Shown in pieces: positions 48,482 through 57,600 of a stretch of 64,000 nucleotides of DNA. The stretch spans positions 660,562 to 724,561 of the forward strand of contig OY969413.1 of the NCBI GenBank assembly GCA_963699165.1, written 5' to 3'. The position numbers were made by a program, and so were the translations under genes. Each line of letters opens with the position of its first letter. Within the stretch, counting starts at the first letter, position 1. The notes beneath the pieces are model-generated. The model ran no database searches and had not been told where the DNA came from. It saw only the letters and a program-made list of their open reading frames with translations. This stretch comes from Candidatus Kaiserbacteria bacterium (GTDB lineage Bacteria; Patescibacteriota; Minisyncoccia; Phycocordibacterales; Phycocordibacteraceae).

Positions 48482-49459
48482 ATGCGAATATTCTTCTCCG
48501 CTTTGTCGATTTTCCTGCTGTTTTCGTACGGACCCCGCGCATTCGCGCAAACGAGCGCGCTAAACATCTTTTCGTCAAACCTGTCCATCGGCGCTTCCGG
48601 CGTATCGGTAACCGCGCTCCAAGAGGAGCTCAACCGCGACCCCGATACGCAAATCGCAAGCGCGGGACCCGGTTCTCCGGGAAACGAGACGGGATATTTC
48701 GGCGCGCTCACGAAAGCGGCCGTCATACGATTCCAAAATAAATACGCGGCGGAAGTTTTGGCGCCCGCCGGCCTTGCGGAAGGGAGCGGGTTCGTTGGTT
48801 TGTATACCCGGACGAAATTGAACGCGCTTGCCGCGACGCCACCCGCCACGCCCGCGGGCGGGAATACGACATCGTCCTCGCCGTCCGCTTCTTCGACCGC
48901 GGCGCAACAGACCTCCGCTGCCGCTCAAAATCCGAATACCGCGAATTTGGACGCGTTTATCGCAACCGTGGACGCCGAAGGAGTCAAAGAGGGATTCTCT
49001 TCGTCGAGCATCGCCGCCGCCAACGAAAAAATACGGGAAGTCGCGGCGACCACCACCGATTTGCGGGCAAAGTTCATCAACGTCCTGCAACAGAATTCCC
49101 GCGTCGCCAAAAGAGACGATTCCATTGCGGCGAAAATTCTTGCTTTTTTAACGCGACTGTTCGTTCCCGAACGCGCATACGCTTCCTTTGTGGGCGTTCC
49201 GTTCGGGGGCATCATCACGTTCGCCCTGCCCTGCAATGACGGATGGAATGTCGCCATCACGCCCTTGCCGCCCACGATGGTTTCCCTGCTCACCTATATT
49301 ATGGGTTCGCAGGCGTTCCCGTACTACACGCTGAACGGTGCGCATCCGGGTATGGGCGTTGTCGGCTCGTATACTCCCGGTCCGGGCGCATGCGTCCTCG
49401 GCATCATCCCCATCCCGTCCGAGGGCATAATCAGCCCGTTCACGAGTTCATCTCCTTAG
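48482..49459 (+). CDS. Secreted peptidoglycan-binding protein (PG_binding_1-like domain plus a C-terminal domain), divergent from the envelope operon.
   Basis: Signal peptide. LQEELNRDP...GPGSPGNETGYFGALTKAAVIRFQ matches the PG-binding domain in the 890-aa protein. Confidence 0.55.
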   Translation: MRIFFSALSIFLLFSYGPRAFAQTSALNIFSSNLSIGASGVSVTALQEELNRDPDTQIASAGPGSPGNETGYFGALTKAAVIRFQNKYAAEVLAPAGLAEGSGFVGLYTRTKLNALAATPPATPAGGNTTSSSPSASSTAAQQTSAAAQNPNTANLDAFIATVDAEGVKEGFSSSSIAAANEKIREVAATTTDLRAKFINVLQQNSRVAKRDDSIAAKILAFLTRLFVPERAYASFVGVPFGGIITFALPCNDGWNVAITPLPPTMVSLLTYIMGSQAFPYYTLNGAHPGMGVVGSYTPGPGACVLGIIPIPSEGIISPFTSSSP

Positions 49460-50222
49460 CGAGCGAAAGCCACACGGTAAGCAAAACGTCTTCGGCGCGC
49501 GCTTTTTCCGGAAGTCCGTCCGCGGGAAGTCCGGCCTCGGCGAGATTTTTGCGCGCGAATTTCCGTTTGTGCGCAAATCCGGCATGCAGGAGCGCGAAAA
49601 ATTTTTCTTCGGCCTCTTTATTCGGAAAATTTTTCCGCGAAATACCCCGGACGGAAAGCACCGCGGAATCGACGTTCGGCGCCGGAACAAATGCGCCGCG
49701 CGGAACAGTAAACAAATACTTCGGCATGCCGTACGCTTTTACCGACAGAGAAAGAATGCTTTCTTTTTTTGAACGTGCGATTCGTTCGGCGACTTCTTTC
49801 TGCACAAGAAGCGTCATCGAACATGGCTGATTCTCCGATGACAAAAACTTTCTGAAAATTTCTCCGGTGAGGTAGTACGGAATATTTGCGACAAGCGCAT
49901 ATCCTTTCGGAAGCGCAGTGATGTCGAACGTACGCACGTCGCCATGCATAAGTTCCAATTTTCCCGATGCAATTTCAGACGCGAATTCTTGCGCAAGGCG
50001 CTCAAACAAGTCCCCGTCGGCTTCGAGCGCAATGACTTTGCGCGCGATTTTCAAAAGTTCGCGCGAAAGCATGCCGGTGCCGGGACCGATTTCAAATACG
50101 ACTGATTCGGGAAAAAGTTTTGCGGAAAGCGCAATGCGCTCCGCGATGCGCGCATGCATCAGAAAATTTTGTCCGAGCGACTTCTTAGGCCTCGATGATT
50201 TCTTCTCCATCGGTTTCATCAT
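49440..50222 (-). CDS. rsmA: 16S rRNA (adenine1518/1519-N6)-dimethyltransferase RsmA/KsgA.
   Basis: SLGQNFL, EIGPGTG, ALEAD and NIPY motifs. Start ambiguous (50210-50222). Confidence 0.8.
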   Translation of the reverse strand: MMKPMEKKSSRPKKSLGQNFLMHARIAERIALSAKLFPESVVFEIGPGTGMLSRELLKIARKVIALEADGDLFERLAQEFASEIASGKLELMHGDVRTFDITALPKGYALVANIPYYLTGEIFRKFLSSENQPCSMTLLVQKEVAERIARSKKESILSLSVKAYGMPKYLFTVPRGAFVPAPNVDSAVLSVRGISRKNFPNKEAEEKFFALLHAGFAHKRKFARKNLAEAGLPADGLPEKARAEDVLLTVWLSLAKEMNS

Positions 50223-52104
50223 AAAGCATCGCGCCGTTTGCGGACGGAATGTCGGCCAAAAACGACGACGGGTCGGCGGCGAAATCGCTGCCGTAAATCT
50301 TTCGCACGCGCGCAAGCGTCAAGTAAATACGCTCTTTTGCGCGAGTGAGGGCGACATAAAATAGACGGCGTTCTTCTTCCTCGTCGCGGTCTTTATCGTT
50401 TCCCATATCGCCGTGCGGGAACAGCCCTTCCTCCATGCCGGTGATAAATACCGTACCGAATTCAAGCCCTTTCGCCGCATGCACGGTCATAAGCGTCACG
50501 CCCGTTTTCTCGCCCTGGTCGAGCTCATCCTGGTCGCTTGAAAGCGCTGCCTCCGCGAGAAATGCGGCAATGCTTTCCTTCCCCGCCGCCGCATCATGCC
50601 GCGTTGCGACCGATGCGAGTTCTTCGATGTTTTCAAACCGCTCGCGGTCTTCCATGCTTCCCTCCTCGTAAAGCGCGCGGCGCATGCCGCTTTTTTCAAT
50701 CACGAGCTTTACGAATTCCGAAGGCACGAGCGTTTCGGCCGCGGCCGAAAGTTCATTCACGATTTTTTCAAATTGTTCTACCTTTGCAAGTTCACCGGCG
50801 CGCAACTGCGAGCGCTGTCCTGCTGCAAGCTTCCCGAGGGTGACGCGACCGATGCCGCGCGGCGGCGAAGCCGCCGCGCGGACTTTATCCGTTTCGCGCG
50901 ACGGGTCCATCGCAAGACGCATCCACGCGAGCGCGTCTTTCACTTCTTTGCGCGCGAAGAAATGCGTGCCGAGCAATTTGTACGGCACGCCCGCGCGGAG
51001 CAATCCTTCTTCGAGCGCTCTCGATTGAAAATTGGTGCGAAAAAGAATCGCAATGTCCTCAGGCGCTGTTCCCGACCGCATGAGCTCGCGAATTTTAAGC
51101 GCGACCCAGTGCGCTTCGTCTTCCGCGCTTCGCGCCATGTGAAAAACAATCGGCTCGCCTGCCGGATGGTTGGTGGTCGATATTTTTTCTTTTCGGTTTA
51201 CGTTTTTTTCAATGACGGCATTGGCCGCATCGACGACATTTTTCGTGGAACGGTAATTGCGCTCGAGAATAATCGTCTGCGCCTCCGGATAGATTTTGTC
51301 AAAATTCAAAATATTTTCCATTTTCGCGCCGCGCCATCCGTAAATCGCCTGGTCGCCGTCGCCCACCACGAAAAGATTCCGATGTTTATTCGCGAGTATG
51401 CCCGCAAGCCGTTCCTGCAATCCGTTCGTATCCTGATATTCATCGATGTGAATGTATTGCCAGCGATTTTGCGCAAGCTCTCGCACGTCCGCGTGTTCTT
51501 CGAGCATGCGAACGGGCAGTGCAATCAAATCATCGAAGTCGAGCGCCTTTTCTGCGGCGAGCGTTTTCTCGTAGCGCAGCCACGCTTCGGAAACAATGCG
51601 CGCGCCGAAACCGCCGCGCGAATTTTTCTCATAAAATTCGCGCGCAACGGTTCCCTCCCCTTTTGCGCGCGAGATGCGTCCTAGCACCGAACGCGGTGAA
51701 AGTTCTTTCGTCTCTACATCGAGCGCTTTGAGCGCGGACGCAATCGCCTTCTCCGAGTCATCGCGGTCGTACACGCTGAAAAAACGCGGCACGCCGATAA
51801 CCTTGCCGTAACTCTCGAGCAGTTCCCTGCCGAGCCCGTGAAAGGTTGCGATGAACGGCGTCTCGAAAGAATCATCCTCGCCGAGCATGCCGCGAACCCG
51901 CTCCCGCATCTCGCGCGCGGCCTTGTTCGTGAAGGTAACCGCAAGAATCCGGCTCGCGGGGACGCCTTCGCGGATGAGGTGGTAGATACGGGTGGTGAGC
52001 ACCTTCGTCTTCCCACTTCCGGCGCCGGCCAAAACCGAGACCGGACCCTCTACGGCCAGCACCGCCTTCTTCTGTTCTTCATTTAATCCTTCGAGATATT
52101 TCAC
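50185..52104 (-). CDS. UvrD/PcrA-family ATP-dependent DNA helicase (639 aa).
   Basis: LNEEQKKAV, GAGSGKT Walker A, TFTNKAAREM and other SF1 motifs. Confidence 0.85.
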   Translation of the reverse strand: MKYLEGLNEEQKKAVLAVEGPVSVLAGAGSGKTKVLTTRIYHLIREGVPASRILAVTFTNKAAREMRERVRGMLGEDDSFETPFIATFHGLGRELLESYGKVIGVPRFFSVYDRDDSEKAIASALKALDVETKELSPRSVLGRISRAKGEGTVAREFYEKNSRGGFGARIVSEAWLRYEKTLAAEKALDFDDLIALPVRMLEEHADVRELAQNRWQYIHIDEYQDTNGLQERLAGILANKHRNLFVVGDGDQAIYGWRGAKMENILNFDKIYPEAQTIILERNYRSTKNVVDAANAVIEKNVNRKEKISTTNHPAGEPIVFHMARSAEDEAHWVALKIRELMRSGTAPEDIAILFRTNFQSRALEEGLLRAGVPYKLLGTHFFARKEVKDALAWMRLAMDPSRETDKVRAAASPPRGIGRVTLGKLAAGQRSQLRAGELAKVEQFEKIVNELSAAAETLVPSEFVKLVIEKSGMRRALYEEGSMEDRERFENIEELASVATRHDAAAGKESIAAFLAEAALSSDQDELDQGEKTGVTLMTVHAAKGLEFGTVFITGMEEGLFPHGDMGNDKDRDEEEERRLFYVALTRAKERIYLTLARVRKIYGSDFAADPSSFLADIPSANGAMLYDETDGEEIIEA

Positions 52105-52166
52105 CTACCGACTATAGCGCACAAACCGATGTCCACAGCCCCACTTTAAGGCGGTTGACTCCCCTC

Positions 52167-52194
52167 CCCGCTTGGCTATACTCGCTGTATTGAC
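52167..52194 (+). promoter_or_regulatory. Near-consensus sigma-70 promoter TTGACT-N16-TATACT upstream of the LysM-M23 peptidase gene.
   Basis: Read directly. A small hairpin AAATGGCttatgtagGCCATTTTT follows. Confidence 0.45.
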
Positions 52195-52303
52195 CGATAC
52201 GGTGGTACTCAAGAAATGGCTTATGTAGGCCATTTTTGTATGCGGAAGCCCGACAGAATTCCTTTGTTTACCTATTGATTTAAACCCTAAAAATACCGAC
52301 CCG

Positions 52304-53431
52304 TTGCCGCAGAGCGCGAGATTGGATACATTCGAGATTTTGGAGCGATGCGCGGTTTGCGTCGTTAGCGTTTCGTTTGTCATCTTTGGCGCAATCCTCA
52401 TTCCCTCTCGGGTCAGCGCGTTCTGGCCTTTTTCGACCGATGCCGATGCGGCCGCAAGCTCGGTGCAGCCCGTCTCGGCAACTCCCGTTCTCCAGGCCTC
52501 CACAAATACCGACCCGAACCCTTACAAGGGCCTTTTGGCAGATGCCGACGTATCAAGCGACAATGCGCTGCTAGCCCAGGCCGGCCCCTCAGGCACAACG
52601 GCCGACATTGTAGGAACCACGCAAATCGACCGCATTTCGGTCTATGTCGTCCGCCCGGGCGATACGCTCTCGGATATAGCAAATATGTTTGGCGTGTCGA
52701 AAAACACGATTCTTTGGGCGAACAACTTGAAAAGCGCGAAGGACGTGCACCCGGGCGATACGCTCATTATCCTTCCGATTACCGGCATTCAGCACGTCGT
52801 GGTCTCCGGCGATACGCTGAAGTCGCTTGCGAAGAAGTTCAACGGCGACCCGGACGAAATCGCGGAGTTTAACGGTCTCGACCCAAATGAGGCGCTCGAT
52901 ATCGGCTCGACCGTTATCATTCCGGGCGGCGAAGTGGTTGAATCGGAGACGCCGACCGCGCCGAAAACGAAGAGTTCTTCGCAAAAGACCTCCGCGCGCA
53001 AAGCATCGAGCTCGAGCGAACCGTATCTTGGCGGCAGCGGAGCTCCGCAAGACGGCTATTACGGCAACCCGCTTCCGGGAGCGATTCTCACGCAAGGCAT
53101 TCACGGCTGGAACGCCGTCGATTTGGGTGCGCCGCGCGGCACGCCGATTCACGCGGCGGCCGATGGAACGGTCATTATCGCCAAAAACGGCGGGTGGAAC
53201 GGCGGCTATGGCAACTATGTTGTTATCACGCACGATAACGGCACTGAAACGCTCTACGCGCATATGAGCAGTGCGATTGTTTCTCCGGGAGAATCAGTTT
53301 CCGCGGGACAAACCATCGGCTACGTCGGCATGACCGGACTCACGACCGGACCGCACCTCCACTTCGAAGTGCGCGGCGCGGCAAATCCATTCCGCGATTG
53401 CAGCGAGGGCTCGGTGTGCTCGCCTGAATAG
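52304..53431 (+). CDS. Membrane-anchored peptidoglycan hydrolase: two LysM domains plus a C-terminal M23 (LytM) metallopeptidase domain.
   Basis: LysM motifs YVVRPGDTLSDIA and HVVVSGDTLKSLA. M23 HxxxD and HxH motifs (HGWNAVDLGAP ... GPHLHFEV). Confidence 0.85.
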   Translation: MPQSARLDTFEILERCAVCVVSVSFVIFGAILIPSRVSAFWPFSTDADAAASSVQPVSATPVLQASTNTDPNPYKGLLADADVSSDNALLAQAGPSGTTADIVGTTQIDRISVYVVRPGDTLSDIANMFGVSKNTILWANNLKSAKDVHPGDTLIILPITGIQHVVVSGDTLKSLAKKFNGDPDEIAEFNGLDPNEALDIGSTVIIPGGEVVESETPTAPKTKSSSQKTSARKASSSSEPYLGGSGAPQDGYYGNPLPGAILTQGIHGWNAVDLGAPRGTPIHAAADGTVIIAKNGGWNGGYGNYVVITHDNGTETLYAHMSSAIVSPGESVSAGQTIGYVGMTGLTTGPHLHFEVRGAANPFRDCSEGSVCSPE

Positions 53432-53443
53432 GAGCTCGCAGAT

Positions 53444-53484
53444 AAAATCCCCGCCGGCGCAGCGCCGGCGGGGATTTTATTTGC
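53444..53484 (+). terminator. Terminator AAAATCCCCGCCGGCGC agcg CCGGCGGGGATTTTATTT.
   Basis: Read directly. Confidence 0.65.
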
Positions 53485-53508
53485 AGAAATTCACATTCAA
53501 CTGATAGG

Positions 53509-54366
53509 ATGCGAGTAATGAAAAAGTGGATTCGTTACATATTCTTCGGCCTAGTGGGATTGTTTGCTCTCATCGGTCTCGTCTTTACCGCGGTCTTCGT
53601 CGGCATGCGCTTCGGCCTTTTCAACGTGCGCGGATCAATTGCAGAGCGGAATCAATTTTTTGCGCAGACAAGCAGCGCGGCAACGAGTACGCCGCCGTGC
53701 GTCGATACAGCCGTCTCCGTATGCGCATGGAATGCAACGCCTGAATGGACGGTCATCAAGGGCGGCTTGGAAAAAGACGCTCCCGTCATAGCGCGCGTAA
53801 GCGCGGAGACCGGCGTGCCGGAGCGCATTCTCGCGGCAACCGTCGTGCCGGAACAGACGCGATTTTTCACCTCCGAACGCGACATTTTTAAAAGTTATTT
53901 TGAGCCGCTTAAAATACTCGGCTCGCTCTCGCAGTTCTCGCTTGGCGTCACCGGCATCAAACAAGAAACCGCAAATCAAATCGAGATGTTTGCGGCAAGT
54001 ACGACCTCGCCGTTTTATCCGGGCGCAAGCGCGGCAACGCTCATCGCCTATCCGGCGGGAACGGTTCACGACACCGAACTCTTCAATCGGCTTACCGATG
54101 CGAAAAATCATTACTACTCGTATCTCTATACGGCGCTCTATATAAAAGAAATCGAATCGCAGTGGAAAGCGGCGGGTTACGATATCGGCAACAAACCGGG
54201 CGTTATCGTCACGCTTTTCAATATCGGCTTTCAAAATTCAAAGCCGAACGCGTCGCCTAATATCGGCGGCTCCTCGGTCGAGTCGGGCGGCAACACATAC
54301 ACCTATGGAGAGCTCGGGCAAGATTTTTACGATTCGAACGAATTGACTGATATCTTCCCGAAATAA
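53509..54366 (+). CDS. Membrane-anchored hypothetical protein (285 aa).
   Basis: ORF track. N-terminal TM helix. Confidence 0.5.
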   Translation: MRVMKKWIRYIFFGLVGLFALIGLVFTAVFVGMRFGLFNVRGSIAERNQFFAQTSSAATSTPPCVDTAVSVCAWNATPEWTVIKGGLEKDAPVIARVSAETGVPERILAATVVPEQTRFFTSERDIFKSYFEPLKILGSLSQFSLGVTGIKQETANQIEMFAASTTSPFYPGASAATLIAYPAGTVHDTELFNRLTDAKNHYYSYLYTALYIKEIESQWKAAGYDIGNKPGVIVTLFNIGFQNSKPNASPNIGGSSVESGGNTYTYGELGQDFYDSNELTDIFPK

Positions 54367-54380
54367 AGCGAGGCCGGCAA

Positions 54381-54417
54381 AATAAAAATCCCCGAGCAGC
54401 TCGGGGATTTTTATTTT
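54381..54417. terminator. Bidirectional terminator AAAAATCCCCGAGC agc TCGGGGATTTTTATTTT between convergent genes.
   Basis: Read directly. Confidence 0.7.
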
Positions 54418-54429
54418 GCCGGATGTTAT

Positions 54430-57400
54430 TTAGGTGTTGCCGCCCCGCCCGTTCCCCCACCCAAACCAACCGACGCGATTATCGAGCCCGTGCGTGATTG
54501 CTTTCTGTGTGTTGCCGAAATCATCATGCTTCGACACCGCGCCCGAATATATCAGCACCGGCCCCGGATGGTCCGTCTGTCGCCATCCTGCCTGCGATAC
54601 TTCGGAGAGTTTGTAGACGCCCGGACCGAGATTCGCAAACGAGTAGTTGCCGTTTGCGTCGGTAACGGTCGATATAGTCGAGCCGTCGGGTTTTTTGAGC
54701 TGAATCGTCCAGCCCGCAAGTCCGCCTTCGCCGTTATCCTTGTGTCCGTTGCCGTTTTTGTCGTTGTACTTCTCGCCGGAAATTGTTCCGAGTTTGAAGT
54801 TGCCGAAGTTTTTGTTTTTTGCGATTTGTCCTGCGGCAAGCGCGATGTCATATGTGTCGCTTATCGCTATTTTCGACGGATACGTAGACGTCCAGCCGGT
54901 TTGCTGAACTTCACGCACGTGGTACGTGCCCGCCGCAAGTCCGGTGAAGCGATACGCGCCGTGGCTGTCGGTCACGGTCGACGGCTCGCCGGGATCCAAT
55001 ATCCCGTTATTGTTGGTATCGAGATAGATAGTCCATCCCGAAAGTTTTTTCTCCCACGGACTCTCAAACGCCCTGCCGCCGCCATCCCAATCCTCGAACT
55101 TCACGCCGCGGATTTCTCCGAGTTTCGGATTCTTGGTGTTGGTAACGATACACGTTGTCGGTGCGCCTGCGGCAATGACGACGCTTGAGCATTCGTTATC
55201 GCTCAGCGTCCAGCCCGTTGTCGGCGTTTCACTCACGTGATACGTGCCCGGTGCGAGGTTAGCGAATGTTTGACTCGAGCCCGTTCCGCCGGTCGCATTG
55301 CCGGTCGTCGTAATCTGGAAGCTGCCGAGGTCGCCGGTGAATTTGAATGTGCCGTTGCCGCCGACGGTGTCTTTCTCGACGATAAGGCCGCCGGTGGTCG
55401 GACACGATTCGTTGTACACGAGCACATATTCATCGGCAGCCAATCCGTAGAGATTGACGGCCGTGGTTGTCGCCTGCGATGCAGCATCCGCGAAACTCAC
55501 CGAGCTCGTTTTGTAGCCGTCGAGGAGGTATTTGCCCGGCGTGCAGAGCGCGGGACTTGCCACGACTTGGCTTGCGGTATCGGTGACTTCGGCGGTGCCG
55601 TAATTTGCAGGTGCCTGCATCGGTGCCGTGTCTGCGCCGTAGAGGTCGGCCGCGCCGCCGAAGTTATTTCCGAGCACATAATTTCCCGTCGATGTCGCGC
55701 CGCCGTTTAAGTTCGCGGCCTGCCACACCGCCGTCATCGGGAACTGATAATTATTTGCCGATGCTGCCGCCGCTTTCTGTCCGTTCAGATATTTCAATAC
55801 ATGAACTTTGAGCGTCGGCGCTTGAATGCAGGTCTTATTCCAGACAATCACGTACTCATCACTTTGCAGATTCGTGAAGTTGGGAGCGTCGGCCGTCGGC
55901 GTTCCCTGCTCTGCCGCGGCCAGCGTCGCGCCCGCAGTGTATCCGACAAGCGCGAATGGATTGCCCGCATCGCACGTTGTCGGGCTGTTTTCACTCGTTG
56001 TATAGCTTGCGCCGGGAGTCATGTCGACCGTCACCGCCTCATACGGATTCGGGCTGTTGAAACCGATCGGACCGAGCGCATACGAACCGGTTCCCTCTCC
56101 GGTGCTTGTTGAATTCCATGTCGCCGTCATCGAGAACGACGTGCTGCTTGCGCTCGCAGCAGTCGCCATCGAACCGTTCAGGAATTTATCAATCGTCACT
56201 TTCACCGGCGGAGGAATTTTGTCATACGCGACACAATTGACCGTTGCATTTGGCGAAACAAACGTAAGTTCCTGATTGTCATTGGTGTTCGAAGTGTCCC
56301 CGTCTCCCTGGCAATAGAGACCCAGAATGTCACCGGCGGCGAGCTGCTGATTACTGCTATCGGTTTCGACAACCAGATACCGTCCGGTTGCCGGAAGGTT
56401 CGGAATCGTCAGAACGCCGCTCCCATTCGTTGCCCCGCCCGCCGTTAGCGGCGCGCTTAACTCGGGATACGGAGCATTCGCATCGATTTGCGTTCCATGC
56501 ACGTAGCCGAATGTTTTGCCCGAATCCGGAACGCATCCGGTCGGAACGGTCTGCCCGACCCCGTTTGCGGCCCGCGTTACCGTCGTGCCGTCGGGACATG
56601 CGTATTTGGTAATAACTATGGTACCCGTTTCCACCGGCGTCGGACCCGAGAGAAGCGAAAGATTGTCGATATAGTAGCCCTTCCCGAGGTCAGCCGGCGT
56701 CGCCGTGCCGCGCGCCTGGAAAATAACCGTCTTTACGATGCGCGGGCTCTGTTCGGAACTTTGTTCCGGGTCATAACGGTAGAAGTCCTCCCAACTGCCG
56801 CCCGTGTGTTTCAATACGCCGTCGATGTACACCTTAACGACGTCGTTTGCCGCACCGTCCGCAACATCCATCGTGAGTTTGATTGTGTGCGGAGCGGTAC
56901 GGCTAATCGTACCGACATCGTATTCGTTGAATGTCGCCGTTGTGCCGACCGGCCCGGGGTCCGTCACGTCGTCAAAGAATACGTGTATGCCGTCCTCCAA
57001 ATCATCGAACCGCAAGTAACTCATGCGCGAACCGTCGCCGCGGTCGGGCGATACGGAAAGGTGCATGCCCGGCTGTTGCGTTGCTTGCGTCGACATAATG
57101 TCAAACTGCACTTCGAAATGCGTTTGCTTGGTTCCGGCGGCGAAACTGCCGGCGGTTGCCGAGGTCTCTCCAACGGAATTAATCAGCGGCTTTGCAAACA
57201 CCCAATCGCCGAAAGTCCCGCTTGTAACCGCATCCGACATTCTGAAACTTTGCGCCCCGAAACTTGCGGGCAGCGTGCTTGTCGCCACCACCGCCTGGTC
57301 ATAGGTTGGATTGACCGCACTGCTCCATCCGTCTTGCCCGCTAATTGAACCGACCGTATAGGTTGGGCTCTCGAAATTTATCGGCCCGACCGTATCTGCG

Positions 57401-57480
57401 GAAACGATACCCGGAAGAAAGAACAAACTCGCGGCCGCAGCTGCAGCCGCGACCGACACCGCACATTTAGTGACATTCAT
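54430..57480 (-). CDS. Very large secreted surface protein (~1000 aa) with C-terminal tandem SdrD-B/Cna-B-type repeats.
   Basis: Signal peptide. Repeats with DxDGxG...GxY (GVKFEDWDGGG...GAYRF.GLAAGTYHV and GEKYNDKNGNGHKD...GNYSFANLGPGVYKL). Confidence 0.7.
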   Translation of the reverse strand: MNVTKCAVSVAAAAAAASLFFLPGIVSADTVGPINFESPTYTVGSISGQDGWSSAVNPTYDQAVVATSTLPASFGAQSFRMSDAVTSGTFGDWVFAKPLINSVGETSATAGSFAAGTKQTHFEVQFDIMSTQATQQPGMHLSVSPDRGDGSRMSYLRFDDLEDGIHVFFDDVTDPGPVGTTATFNEYDVGTISRTAPHTIKLTMDVADGAANDVVKVYIDGVLKHTGGSWEDFYRYDPEQSSEQSPRIVKTVIFQARGTATPADLGKGYYIDNLSLLSGPTPVETGTIVITKYACPDGTTVTRAANGVGQTVPTGCVPDSGKTFGYVHGTQIDANAPYPELSAPLTAGGATNGSGVLTIPNLPATGRYLVVETDSSNQQLAAGDILGLYCQGDGDTSNTNDNQELTFVSPNATVNCVAYDKIPPPVKVTIDKFLNGSMATAASASSTSFSMTATWNSTSTGEGTGSYALGPIGFNSPNPYEAVTVDMTPGASYTTSENSPTTCDAGNPFALVGYTAGATLAAAEQGTPTADAPNFTNLQSDEYVIVWNKTCIQAPTLKVHVLKYLNGQKAAAASANNYQFPMTAVWQAANLNGGATSTGNYVLGNNFGGAADLYGADTAPMQAPANYGTAEVTDTASQVVASPALCTPGKYLLDGYKTSSVSFADAASQATTTAVNLYGLAADEYVLVYNESCPTTGGLIVEKDTVGGNGTFKFTGDLGSFQITTTGNATGGTGSSQTFANLAPGTYHVSETPTTGWTLSDNECSSVVIAAGAPTTCIVTNTKNPKLGEIRGVKFEDWDGGGRAFESPWEKKLSGWTIYLDTNNNGILDPGEPSTVTDSHGAYRFTGLAAGTYHVREVQQTGWTSTYPSKIAISDTYDIALAAGQIAKNKNFGNFKLGTISGEKYNDKNGNGHKDNGEGGLAGWTIQLKKPDGSTISTVTDANGNYSFANLGPGVYKLSEVSQAGWRQTDHPGPVLIYSGAVSKHDDFGNTQKAITHGLDNRVGWFGWGNGRGGNT

Positions 57481-57547
57481 AATATTTTCGCCAGCGAATT
57501 TATCGAATAATGCGCTCATTTACGCACAGTCGGTATGTGGAAATCAT

Positions 57548-57596
57548 GAATACGGAAAGTCCCGCGACGCTTCGCGTCGCGGGACTTTCCGTATTC
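57548..57596. repeat. Perfect 23-bp stem hairpin GAATACGGAAAGTCCCGCGACGC ttc GCGTCGCGGGACTTTCCGTATTC between comM and the surface-protein gene.
   Basis: Read directly. Confidence 0.5.
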
Positions 57597-57600
57597 ATTG

